Of a stretch of 21,973 bases of DNA, positions 1 through 7,979 are shown one piece after another (within the stretch, counting starts at the first letter, position 1; each line of letters starts with the position of its first letter). Origin of the DNA: Candidatus Zixiibacteriota bacterium (GTDB lineage Bacteria; Zixibacteria; MSB-5A5; UBA10806; 4484-95); assembly GCA_029932605.1 (NCBI GenBank), contig JAOZPT010000043.1, forward strand, positions 1 to 21,973, written 5' to 3'. The position numbers and the translations under genes were made by a program. Under the pieces are notes generated by a model. The model made no database searches, was not told the origin of the DNA, and saw only the letters and a program-made list of their open reading frames with translations.

Positions 1-388
1 CCTTGAGATCTAATTTCCCCTCAACCAGCTCTTGAAATACAAGGTTAATAACCTCATTTAAAAAACGAACATTTGACCGAGATTCATCCGGCAGACCATC
101 TATCATTTGTGATGTAGTTGAGGATTTTCCTCGGTACCCATTCCGTCCTGATTTTTTATTGTTAACAACCGGTTTTGCCTGTTTTTTCCCTTTTTTAATT
201 TCTGTTTTCTTTTTTTGCGAAGCGGTTGTTTTCAAAGAAGGCTTAAGATGGTTATTGAAATGTTCTTCAAGCTGTTTTTTATCTATTTCCAGACCTCGCC
301 GGCTTGCCCATTTAATCAACCTCTCTGGTCGCCAGTTGATTTTTTTATTCAGCTCACCCGAAAACTCACTTGAGCAAATGATACACAT
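1..388 (-). CDS. Partial ORF (3' end off-window), not in the ORF track. N-terminal CxxC...HxxxH zinc/HTH-like module, basic linker, then a helical region. Resembles phage small-terminase-like DNA-binding proteins.
   Basis: Hand translation: MCIICSSEFSGELNKKINWRPERLIKWASRRGLEIDKKQLEEHFNNHLKPSLKTTASQKKKTEIKKGKKQAKPVVNNKKSGRNGYRGKSSTTSQMIDGLPDESRSNVRFLNEVINLVFQELVEGKLDLK..., open for 129 codons to the window edge. The ATG (388) directly follows the portal stop codon (TAAATG). The terminase-like label is inference. Confidence 0.75.
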   Translation of the reverse strand, partial: MCIICSSEFSGELNKKINWRPERLIKWASRRGLEIDKKQLEEHFNNHLKPSLKTTASQKKKTEIKKGKKQAKPVVNNKKSGRNGYRGKSSTTSQMIDGLPDESRSNVRFLNEVINLVFQELVEGKLDLK

Positions 389-1624
389 TTAAATAATCCC
401 AGGTTCGATTTTCTCGATACGTTCACGCGCTTCTTTGCGATCAAGTAAACCGGCCTGATACTGAGCAATTATGCTTTCAGCAATAATCTTCTCCGCCTTG
501 AACCTCTCAATGGAACCGAATACACGCCGATTGTCGAAAAGAACCTCAACCTCGCCTGGCAACCCTTTTAAAGCCATTTCCAATCCCACCAGCCACTTCA
601 AAAATCCTTTCGCTTTCTCCTGAACAGCCACTATCTGGCGCATCATGATCTCAAATTTAAAACGCGCCCAGGTCTGTGTTGTGCCAAACGAATAACCAAG
701 CATAAACGGGTCAAGATGCACGCCGGCACAGATATCCTCAACCAGCGCCCGATGATACAAATACCAGCTCGAGGCAACACCCTGACCTGAGGGACCAATG
801 GTGTTAATCTGAACATCATCCCAGGTCACGGCCGAATCAGAAGGCTTTAAATTTTTCATCAAATCCACCGTGCTGTCAAAATAGCTGTTAGCCCGCTGGA
901 TATAGGCTTCATCGCTTTCTCCGGGAAGTTTCTCCGGTTTATTAAGTTGAACCTGAACACGATGATAACCACTGCGCTCCAATGTCTGCGACATATCAAA
1001 TATCAGCTTTTGCTCAAGACGGGATATAAAACCGATAGAGTTAAGCATACTTACGCCACGTGGGTCATGAGCTGTGGCATCAAGGCCACTAAAATAGAAC
1101 GAACCCGGGTCAACCTTTATTCTACCGTCATCCCTCTCATAAAATATCTGCCAGTGATTGTTTTCACGCTCGAACGTTAAGTACTTATTATCGCAGAGGA
1201 CAAAATCAGCCAGCGCTTCCCCTGCTGGTGTTAATATCGCCTCTCCACTGAAACAGCCATCGATAAACAAGGAACGGAAAAACATGTTCACCACGGTCTC
1301 GATGCCACCTGCTTTCTGGTAGGATGATGGTGTCAGTAACCGGTCAATTCGAGCTATCAACTCCTTGCCAGAATCATCGGATAAATGGTCGAACTTGAAT
1401 TCAACCGGCGCCGAGCAAAGTCGCGTCCAAAGCCAGATAGCCCCCGACAATAGAGGAATATTCTCGGCTAAAAAACGATAAAGGGTCAAACGCTCCTGAC
1501 GCCTATAACCATAACCCGCCGGCAATTGTAATTCAAAACTTTTAAGCCTCGGTTTATCCCGCGATAACCTTAAATTGCTCTTTTTGTTTTTGCTGAGAAA
1601 TTCTTTCAATATTTTCTTGAACAT
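389..1624 (-). CDS. Phage portal-like protein (411 aa)
   Basis: Portal-type signatures: N-terminal LYRFLAENIPLLSGAI, central DPRGVSMLNSI (G-x-S-x-L), late ICAGVHLDPFMLG, and C-terminal GLLDRKEARE. Size is typical of portals. AGGAG RBS upstream of the ATG. Confidence 0.75.
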   Translation of the reverse strand: MFKKILKEFLSKNKKSNLRLSRDKPRLKSFELQLPAGYGYRRQERLTLYRFLAENIPLLSGAIWLWTRLCSAPVEFKFDHLSDDSGKELIARIDRLLTPSSYQKAGGIETVVNMFFRSLFIDGCFSGEAILTPAGEALADFVLCDNKYLTFERENNHWQIFYERDDGRIKVDPGSFYFSGLDATAHDPRGVSMLNSIGFISRLEQKLIFDMSQTLERSGYHRVQVQLNKPEKLPGESDEAYIQRANSYFDSTVDLMKNLKPSDSAVTWDDVQINTIGPSGQGVASSWYLYHRALVEDICAGVHLDPFMLGYSFGTTQTWARFKFEIMMRQIVAVQEKAKGFLKWLVGLEMALKGLPGEVEVLFDNRRVFGSIERFKAEKIIAESIIAQYQAGLLDRKEARERIEKIEPGII

Positions 1625-1750
1625 GTCCGCTCCTATTGGATAGCCGATTACAAAATGATCATTTCAAAAAACAGAACAAACACAAAATCAATGCGCTTTG
1701 CACTAATGGGCCATCAAATTCTCGACACGTTATTATCTTTTAAATATTCC

Positions 1751-1921
1751 GTCAGGTCGAACCCCGATTGGCATCATGTTATTATGCAAGGGTACATTAC
1801 CCTTCGACCAGATTCAATAAGAGTAACAAATGTGTTTCTTCGTCATTGCGACCTAAAGGTGAAGCAATACCGAAACATACGGGCAAATCCCGTCTGGCGA
1901 TGCCAGAAGTTACTTCCGGCA
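1751..1921. repeat. Cluster of palindromes and REP-like remnants in the divergent intergenic region
   Basis: GTCAGGTCGAA (1751-1761) pairs with TTCGACCAGAT (1803-1813). Hairpins: AAGGGTA-cat-TACCCTT (1788-1804), ACGGG-caaat-CCCGT (1879-1893), TCTGGC-gat-GCCAGA (1893-1907), TGCCAGAAG-tta-CTTCCGGCA (1901-1921). GTCATTGCGA...GAAGCAAT (1842-1868) resembles a common REP-type palindrome. Confidence 0.5.
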
Positions 1922-2008
1922 CAAACCATGATAAGCAAAAATTCTCCTGTTCCAAGAGATACAAAATCTATTATAATGATTCTGAAAATTTATAATGGGG
2001 AAGGTTAA

Positions 2009-3145
2009 ATGAAGCAATTTTTACTCGGCATGAAAATAGCAACCGTATTTTTTACCATAATTATATTATCATCCTGTTCACGGAAAGATATATTTTCCAA
2101 TTGGCCTGTTTTTAAGGGTAATAATCAGAGAACCTCTTATGCTGTAGCTCAGGGACCGGGGATATTATTACAACCGGATTGGATACTCAATGTTAATTCC
2201 CGCATTACATCATCTCCGGTTATATACGATGGTATATTATATTGTGGTACCGATTCAGGATTAGTTGCTATTACGTTAAAAGAAGCGAAAGAATTATGGG
2301 CATTCAAAACCGCCGGCAAGGTGTTCTCCACACCGTCTGTCGACGAACAAGCGATTTATTTCGGTTCCTGGGACGATAGGTTTTACGCTTTAGATCGCCT
2401 GGCTGGAAAGCTACTCTGGTCTTTCCAAGACATTGGCGTTTTTGATAGCTCACCTTTAGTTGATAGCCAGTATGTTTTCGTTGGCAATTTTTCCGGTTAT
2501 GTTTATGCCTTAAATAAAAAAAATGGTAATCTGGTCTGGAAATACAAAACCGGGCACTGGGTTGTAAGCTCGCCAGCCAGCTATGGAAATTTTATTTTTA
2601 TTGGAAGCTCCGACTCTTATTTTTACTGCCTTGACAAAAACAACGGTGAACTTTTGTGGCGGTTCGAAGCAGGTAAAGATATCCCCTCATCACCGGCGGT
2701 TGATAGCACAAACGAACGTGTTTATTTTGGCAGCCATGATAAACACATATATTGTCTTGATGCCTTATCTGGAGAAGAAATCTGGCGGTTTGCAACAAAC
2801 AGTGAGATATTTTCATCACCGGCGGTTTGTGATGATAAGATTTACTGCGCCTCTATCGATTCAGTGCTATACTGCATTAACGCTAAAACCGGAAAAGAAC
2901 TCTGGCGATTTTATGCTGGCAATACCATCTATAGCAGTCCCACAATCGCCTCGGATATGGTCTATCTACCCTCTTACGATGGGAACATGTATGTAATTAA
3001 CCGCCAGGATGGGGCATTGGAATATAGTCTCAACATCCAGAATGCCACAGATTCAACTCCGGCGATAAGCGGTAGATACCTTTTTATCGGTGATTACGCG
3101 GGAAACATCTATGCCCTTACGGAGCTTACCAGTGTCTCCAGGTAA
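2009..3145 (+). CDS. PQQ-like beta-propeller repeat lipoprotein (BamB/PQQ_2 family)
   Basis: Lipobox-like IILSSC, WPVFKGNNQRT N-terminal motif, and about 8 repeats of the type SSPAV...VYFGS.D..IYCLDA..G..IW.F. Confidence 0.9.
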   Translation: MKQFLLGMKIATVFFTIIILSSCSRKDIFSNWPVFKGNNQRTSYAVAQGPGILLQPDWILNVNSRITSSPVIYDGILYCGTDSGLVAITLKEAKELWAFKTAGKVFSTPSVDEQAIYFGSWDDRFYALDRLAGKLLWSFQDIGVFDSSPLVDSQYVFVGNFSGYVYALNKKNGNLVWKYKTGHWVVSSPASYGNFIFIGSSDSYFYCLDKNNGELLWRFEAGKDIPSSPAVDSTNERVYFGSHDKHIYCLDALSGEEIWRFATNSEIFSSPAVCDDKIYCASIDSVLYCINAKTGKELWRFYAGNTIYSSPTIASDMVYLPSYDGNMYVINRQDGALEYSLNIQNATDSTPAISGRYLFIGDYAGNIYALTELTSVSR

Positions 3146-5647
3146 AACAAGACGATACCTTCCACTACCATCGCTTTCAACAGCGACCCCCGGTACAGAC
3201 TCAAGCGCCTTCTTTAGCTTGTAAATATACTTAACCTGATTTGAACCATGATCCAGAAAACTTTTATCCAGCCAGCCCTCAAGTTTATCGGCATTATAAA
3301 GTTTAAAAAGGTAAGAATAAAGTTTTGGTTGAAGCAAAACTTTCATCCCACCTATTTCAACCTCGTACCTGGAACCGGCTTTTCTTGCTCGTAATGCTCT
3401 GCTTCCAGGTAGTGGTTTGTTTATGGTTTCCGTGCTCTTTTCAGACAATATATCCTGACATATTTTATACAGATTATTTGCTACCCGTTCTGGAACGATA
3501 GAGGAAACCGCATCAAAACCCGCATTGATGATATCCGAAGGAGTGAACATACCAGCGCTGTTGAGCCTCAATATATAATCCCTCTCAAGAAGCGGTACTT
3601 TTAATAAAGCCAACGTTAAACCCTCTTCGGTCAAACAATGAAAAAGGCGTTCAGCATAAATGTGCAACTTCTGACGTTGCTTATCATCCAGGTTTTGATA
3701 ACCACCAATATCAACCACAGCCTGCATCAAATTTGAAGCCCCCTCGCCAATATGTTTTATCCTTCCCCAGCCGATATCATATTTCGTTTCTAACTCCATC
3801 GTTGGAAGAGGTTGTATCATCTCGGCAATCAGCGAAAAGGTCGCAACCCTGGCCTGGTCCACCGGTATCTCTGGATTGGTAACAAGGACCGCAAGCTGTC
3901 CTGATGGTTTCTCAGAATACAAATCAAGCAGATGTGATAATGGTTCTACTATATCAAGTTTTTCTTGTGAAATCGACAGACGCTTCAAGATGAGTTTCTG
4001 GCCATCAGGGGTGTCAATTAAATAATATATCCAGCTTAAGAAATTATCACTCAATCCGTGTTGTCCAAAACCATCTTTTATAAGAATGGCAGTATTTAAA
4101 AATATATTGTGACGGGCGGTTGCTTTGCCTAACTCCGTGCAATAAAACCGGCATCCTTTAAATTTTAAAAACCCATGTTCAACCAATATGTCAATTGTTT
4201 TTTGTGGCACCCAGTCCCCATATTTCTCACAGTAACCGCGAAGGGTGTTTGCAAACATGCTCCTAATGTCATCGTAATCTTTCACTAACCCACAACTGGT
4301 CCATCTTAACAGCAGATTAGCAAGTTTCTCGATATCGAAAGGCTCCACCTTGGGATGAGCTGAACCATAAACATAAGAATCCCACAATACCTCCCGGCGT
4401 GTTTCATCATCAGCGATAACGATAGCCCTACCGAAATCATCGGTATGCCCAAATCGTCCCGCTCGACCTGCAAGCTGATTGTAATCATACATCACCAGAG
4501 GTTTTAATATAGGTCTTCCATCATAACCATCATAACACTTCACCGCCTCAATAAATACATTCTTGGAGGGGAAATTAACTCCCATTGCTAAAGTAGAGGT
4601 TGAAACCATCACCTTTAACTCACCCGACCTGAAACCAGCCTCTAAAATCCGTCTTGAGGATAGGCCTAAATCAGCATTGTGAAAACCAACACCCTTTTGC
4701 AGACAACTCAATAACTTACCCTTTTGCACAGTATCAGGGATATCATCAAGCATATTTAAAACATCGTTAACCGCCGATAAAGATAATAACTCAGCCAAGC
4801 CTACAGCCAGATTAACACAACCATTTCTGGTAGCGGTAAAAATTAACACTTGCTCGTCTTTATCCACAAGGTGTTTAACGCCTCGATACAGTTCTATAGG
4901 TATATCACAATCCTGCAGAATAATATCTGTACCTTTGAAATACTCTAAACCCTCACGGCAGTCGTTGTAACGCCTGTAAAAAAACTTGCCACCGAAAAGC
5001 ACGCCTTGATATAGCTCAACCGGTCTATTGGTTGATTTCAAAAGCGATATATTCAACCACTCCGAAAAAAGCCGACACTCATCAAGACCTCCAATCAAAC
5101 CGATCATCTGAATAGATGATGATATGTTCCTGACTTTGGAGATGGCAAGTTCATAGGCTAAGCCACGGTCGGTTGTTGTTACCAGTTGGAGTTCATCAAA
5201 AATAATAGTGCCTACCGACTCAAGCAATGAAAGACCGTTTACGGTTAACGAGTTAAACATCTCATACACAACGACCGCTATATCGTAAGTACCTTTGACA
5301 AATAAACGTTTATTCCCCGGGTAATCCGAGGTGACAGCTATTACTTTAAAACCGATTTTCCGGTATCGCTTTTTCAACTCCCAAAACTTCTCCGATGCCA
5401 ATGCCTTTAAAGGTACAAGGAATATGGCTCTCTTGTTATTCATCACTGAACGAACTGCCGCTAGTTCACCGCAAAAGGTTTTTCCAGATGATGTTGGTCC
5501 ATTAATCAGTACGTTATTCCCTTGTAAAAGACCAAAATCCTTTAAAGCCTCTACCTGTAAAGGCAGGAGAAAATCCAGGCCGCTCTCCCGCCAGCAATCT
5601 ACGATCCGCCGGGAAAAACCATATTTTGTTAGATTTTCTATTCGCAT
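3053..5647 (-). CDS. Ski2/Hel308-like SF2 helicase with an additional C-terminal winged-helix-like domain (about 864 aa)
   Basis: Motifs: Q (LLPLQ), I (GPTSSGKT), Ia (VPLKALASEK), II (DELQ), RPVEL, IV (LIFTATR), GVGFHNADL, V (STSTLAMGVNFP), VI (QLAGRAGR), plus CTELGK and an HhH-like region. Start reassigned to ATG 5647 (MRIENL...), 5 nt after the upstream gene's stop. Confidence 0.88.
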   Translation of the reverse strand: MRIENLTKYGFSRRIVDCWRESGLDFLLPLQVEALKDFGLLQGNNVLINGPTSSGKTFCGELAAVRSVMNNKRAIFLVPLKALASEKFWELKKRYRKIGFKVIAVTSDYPGNKRLFVKGTYDIAVVVYEMFNSLTVNGLSLLESVGTIIFDELQLVTTTDRGLAYELAISKVRNISSSIQMIGLIGGLDECRLFSEWLNISLLKSTNRPVELYQGVLFGGKFFYRRYNDCREGLEYFKGTDIILQDCDIPIELYRGVKHLVDKDEQVLIFTATRNGCVNLAVGLAELLSLSAVNDVLNMLDDIPDTVQKGKLLSCLQKGVGFHNADLGLSSRRILEAGFRSGELKVMVSTSTLAMGVNFPSKNVFIEAVKCYDGYDGRPILKPLVMYDYNQLAGRAGRFGHTDDFGRAIVIADDETRREVLWDSYVYGSAHPKVEPFDIEKLANLLLRWTSCGLVKDYDDIRSMFANTLRGYCEKYGDWVPQKTIDILVEHGFLKFKGCRFYCTELGKATARHNIFLNTAILIKDGFGQHGLSDNFLSWIYYLIDTPDGQKLILKRLSISQEKLDIVEPLSHLLDLYSEKPSGQLAVLVTNPEIPVDQARVATFSLIAEMIQPLPTMELETKYDIGWGRIKHIGEGASNLMQAVVDIGGYQNLDDKQRQKLHIYAERLFHCLTEEGLTLALLKVPLLERDYILRLNSAGMFTPSDIINAGFDAVSSIVPERVANNLYKICQDILSEKSTETINKPLPGSRALRARKAGSRYEVEIGGMKVLLQPKLYSYLFKLYNADKLEGWLDKSFLDHGSNQVKYIYKLKKALESVPGVAVESDGSGRYRLVLPGDTGKLRKGIDVSRVITDKKVSTAYRRS

Positions 5648-5652
5648 AAAAG

Positions 5653-5847
5653 TTACCCACAAAAACCCCAGCCACAATTCAAGCAACTGTAACAACCACC
5701 CAAAACAACTACAACCCCGTAACATTGAGGGCAATAAAGCCGATAGCAATAGTTACAAGAATACAGGATGCCATCAAAAGCAAGCTGGTTTCCGCAACGA
5801 CATTTCTTTTGAACCTTTAACAGGTCAATCTGCAACGCTTCACTCAT
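5653..5847 (-). CDS. Small Cys-rich Zn-ribbon protein (64 aa)
   Basis: Strong AGGAGG RBS. Nine Cys, in CRC, CNYC, CPQC, CYSCLNC and terminal FCG. Sits directly upstream of the helicase. Confidence 0.8.
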   Translation of the reverse strand: MSEALQIDLLKVQKKCRCGNQLAFDGILYSCNYCYRLYCPQCYGVVVVLGGCYSCLNCGWGFCG

Positions 5848-5855
5848 AACACCTC

Positions 5856-5900
5856 CTATTTTTGCTTTATCTCACTACACAAGATGCACCATGTGTTCAT
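5856..5900 (-). CDS. Putative 14-aa leader peptide / uORF MNTWCILCSEIKQK
   Basis: AAGGAGG RBS 4 nt before the ATG. Its TAG stop overlaps the AGGAGG RBS of the Zn-ribbon gene. It is the first ORF after the promoter at 5950-5978. Confidence 0.5.
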   Translation of the reverse strand: MNTWCILCSEIKQK

Positions 5901-5949
5901 CTAACCTCCTTAAAAAAACCAACGCCACAAAACTACACACCTGCACATT

Positions 5950-5978
5950 AATATAGTGAACATATGAACCCCTGTCAA
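5950..5978 (-). promoter_or_regulatory. Sigma70-type promoter of the uORF/Zn-ribbon/helicase operon
   Basis: Minus strand TTGACA-17 nt-TATATT. The spacer contains GTTCATATGTTC. Confidence 0.75.
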
Positions 5979-6036
5979 TCTTTTTTTTCGGCAAAATTCA
6001 CTTGACAGTTTAATTTTATTTATCTTCTTTTAAAAC

Positions 6037-6243
6037 ATGAGAATAAAAAACAAAATCAGGGAGATGCGACTTAAAAAGGGGCTCTCGCAAGCTGAACTGG
6101 CAGATAAAATTGGAGTTAGTCGCCAGACCATTATATCAATAGAAAAAAATATCTGTATACCCTCCACTTTTCTGGCGCTTAAACTATCAAAGCTATTCAG
6201 AAAAACCGTAAACGAACTGTTCACTATTTCCAAGACAAGATAG
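6037..6243 (+). CDS. XRE/Cro-type HTH transcriptional regulator (HTH_3)
   Basis: KNKIREMRLKKGLSQAELADKIGVSRQTIISIEK...LALKLSKLF..TVNELF is the classic small XRE pattern. Confidence 0.93.
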   Translation: MRIKNKIREMRLKKGLSQAELADKIGVSRQTIISIEKNICIPSTFLALKLSKLFRKTVNELFTISKTR

Positions 6244-6258
6244 TTGATTGGAGGTAAT

Positions 6259-6987
6259 TTGAAGAGAATTATTGTCCTATTTATTCTGTTACTGATATCT
6301 TCTGCCTTTTCCGCAGAGGAGAAAATCTTAATTTCCATTGGTGGAATAACGTCCAAAGACTGTATCAACAAAATTAAAACAGCCCTTGAAAACGTAGATG
6401 GAGTTCAATCAGCCGAGGTAAAACTGGAATCCTGTGATGCAATTGTTACTTACGATACCGACAAAACCAATGGGAAAAACCTTCTTAAAGCCATTGCAAT
6501 CTCCGGTTATAAAGTTCACGGTGTAAAAACCGTTCCTACAACCTCCGCTAGTGCTGGCTCTTCCTGTTCCAAGGTAACCAAAAAAGAACCCTGTGAATCA
6601 AAACAAAACCTCAAACAGTATCAAGACACTAACGTTACAGGCCATAAACAGGAGAGCCATCCCTGTCCGAGCATCAAGCAATGTAAAGAGCTAATCGAGT
6701 TCCACGAGGCCATGCATCCAATGCACATAGCGCTTTCTGAAAATGATTATGAAACCGCTCGTGAGTGCTATCCCGCACTGGTTGAAAACTCCAAAGCGTT
6801 AGAATCGATGCCCTGCGATGATAAATCTATTAAAGACACTAAAGCCTTCAAGGAAAAACGAACCTTGCTTCTTAAAACCGTCGACGAGCTGGGTAAAGCC
6901 TGCCAGGCCAAAGACGACAAAAAGCTGACTGAAGCCTTTGACAGAATGCATGAAGCCTATATAGAACTGGGAAAGTTGGTCAGGTAG
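6259..6987 (+). CDS. Exported heavy-metal-associated (HMA) domain protein with a His/Met/Cys-rich helical C-terminal domain
   Basis: GGAGG RBS, then TTG 6259. Signal peptide (AFSA). HMA fold ISIGGITSKDC..KIKTALENVDGV..AEV....A.VTYD...GY. C-terminal FHEAMHPMH and FDRMHEAY. Confidence 0.82.
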   Translation: MKRIIVLFILLLISSAFSAEEKILISIGGITSKDCINKIKTALENVDGVQSAEVKLESCDAIVTYDTDKTNGKNLLKAIAISGYKVHGVKTVPTTSASAGSSCSKVTKKEPCESKQNLKQYQDTNVTGHKQESHPCPSIKQCKELIEFHEAMHPMHIALSENDYETARECYPALVENSKALESMPCDDKSIKDTKAFKEKRTLLLKTVDELGKACQAKDDKKLTEAFDRMHEAYIELGKLVR

Positions 6988-7019
6988 TAAACTGAGTTCG
7001 TTTACGTGTGTCAAATTTT

Positions 7020-7045
7020 AAAGCGGGTTGAACGGCCCGCTTTTT
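7020..7045 (+). terminator. Rho-independent terminator
   Basis: AAAGCGGGTT-gaac-GGCCCGCTTTTT, a GC-rich stem with T-tract downstream of the HMA gene. Confidence 0.85.
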
Positions 7046-7130
7046 GGTTTTCATTTCATTCACAACTCAAATGTCTTCACCAAAAATTCTTGACTTTAAC
7101 TTACTAAAAAATTATTTATTTCAAGTTATT

Positions 7131-7895
7131 ATGAACAAACCCGCTTACCTTGATGAACCCATATTCTGTTTTACCTCCGATGTTGACTGGGCAAGCGAGG
7201 ATGCACTCCAGATTCAGCAGGATATTTACGACAGATATGGTATTCAGACAACATACTTTGTAACGCATAAAAGCCCGCTTTTAGAAAGATGGCATAAAGA
7301 GGGCAAAATCCAGTTGGGGATACATCCCAATTTCCTGCCCGGAAGCAGTCATGGCAATACCATTGATGAAGTTCTCGATACCGTCATGAAATTTGCACCC
7401 AGGGCAAGGTGTTTCCGCTCGCATCGATGCTTCGATGTGGCTCCTGTAACCGATGCTCTGGTCAAAAGAGGACTGCTTTATGATTCAAATCTAATCACCA
7501 ACCTCCAGCAGGGAATCTCTCCATTAAAACACGAGTCCGGTTTGATACGATTCCCTTGTTTTTATGAAGACGGCATACATTTTAAATGGAGACGGAGCTG
7601 GGACTTTAGAGAGTTTGAAAAAATATTCAATCAACCTGGTCTTAAGATAATAAGCCATCACCCCATGATAACGGCAATGAATGTCACAACTGCGGAAAAA
7701 TGGGGCATTTTGAAAACTAAGTTTCCACCGGGGGTCTGGATCAAGATGTCAAAAGAGCAATTGCTCGAAAACGCATGCAGAGAACCAGGACCAAAAAACT
7801 TCCTGGAGGATATGATAAAATTTGTTCTCGAAAACAAATTTTCGATCATGTCCATGGAGGAACTATATCAGAATTTTGGTAAAACAATCATCTAA
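7131..7895 (+). CDS. Polysaccharide deacetylase-like protein (WbmS-like, CE4/NodB fold)
   Basis: FTSDVDWA, TYFVTH, LGIHPNF, FRSH, YDSN and HHP motifs. The likely start is ATG 7131, downstream of TTGACT (7090-7095). Confidence 0.8.
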   Translation: MNKPAYLDEPIFCFTSDVDWASEDALQIQQDIYDRYGIQTTYFVTHKSPLLERWHKEGKIQLGIHPNFLPGSSHGNTIDEVLDTVMKFAPRARCFRSHRCFDVAPVTDALVKRGLLYDSNLITNLQQGISPLKHESGLIRFPCFYEDGIHFKWRRSWDFREFEKIFNQPGLKIISHHPMITAMNVTTAEKWGILKTKFPPGVWIKMSKEQLLENACREPGPKNFLEDMIKFVLENKFSIMSMEELYQNFGKTII

Positions 7896-7979
7896 CACAT
7901 TTTCATCTTACATAATGTATATAACCGAACTTTCCGGGTTAAAAAAATCAATCTACATATTTATAGAAAGGGGAATTGA

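Noticed and set aside
159..392. Plus-strand 77-aa ORF
   Set aside because: Antisense shadow of the better-supported minus-strand ORF 388..<1, which is coupled to the portal gene.
1876..1940. Possible c-di-GMP-I (GEMM) riboswitch (GGGCAAA...CTTCCGGC.CAAACCAT)
   Set aside because: Lacks the GAAA-capped P2 stem and the GACGCAAAG junction. The resemblance is only partial, and an Rfam scan would settle it.
1655..2008. Plus-strand ORFs of 117 and 75 aa
   Set aside because: No recognisable RBS or domain. They run through palindromic, REP-like intergenic DNA.
3053..5647. Assignment to the Hachiman or another named defence system
   Set aside because: No HamA-like or nuclease partner is nearby, and the neighbourhood is not a defence island.
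5648..5749. Extended helicase N-terminus from the ORF track
   Set aside because: Overlaps the RBS-supported Zn-ribbon gene. ATG 5647 fits the operon spacing.
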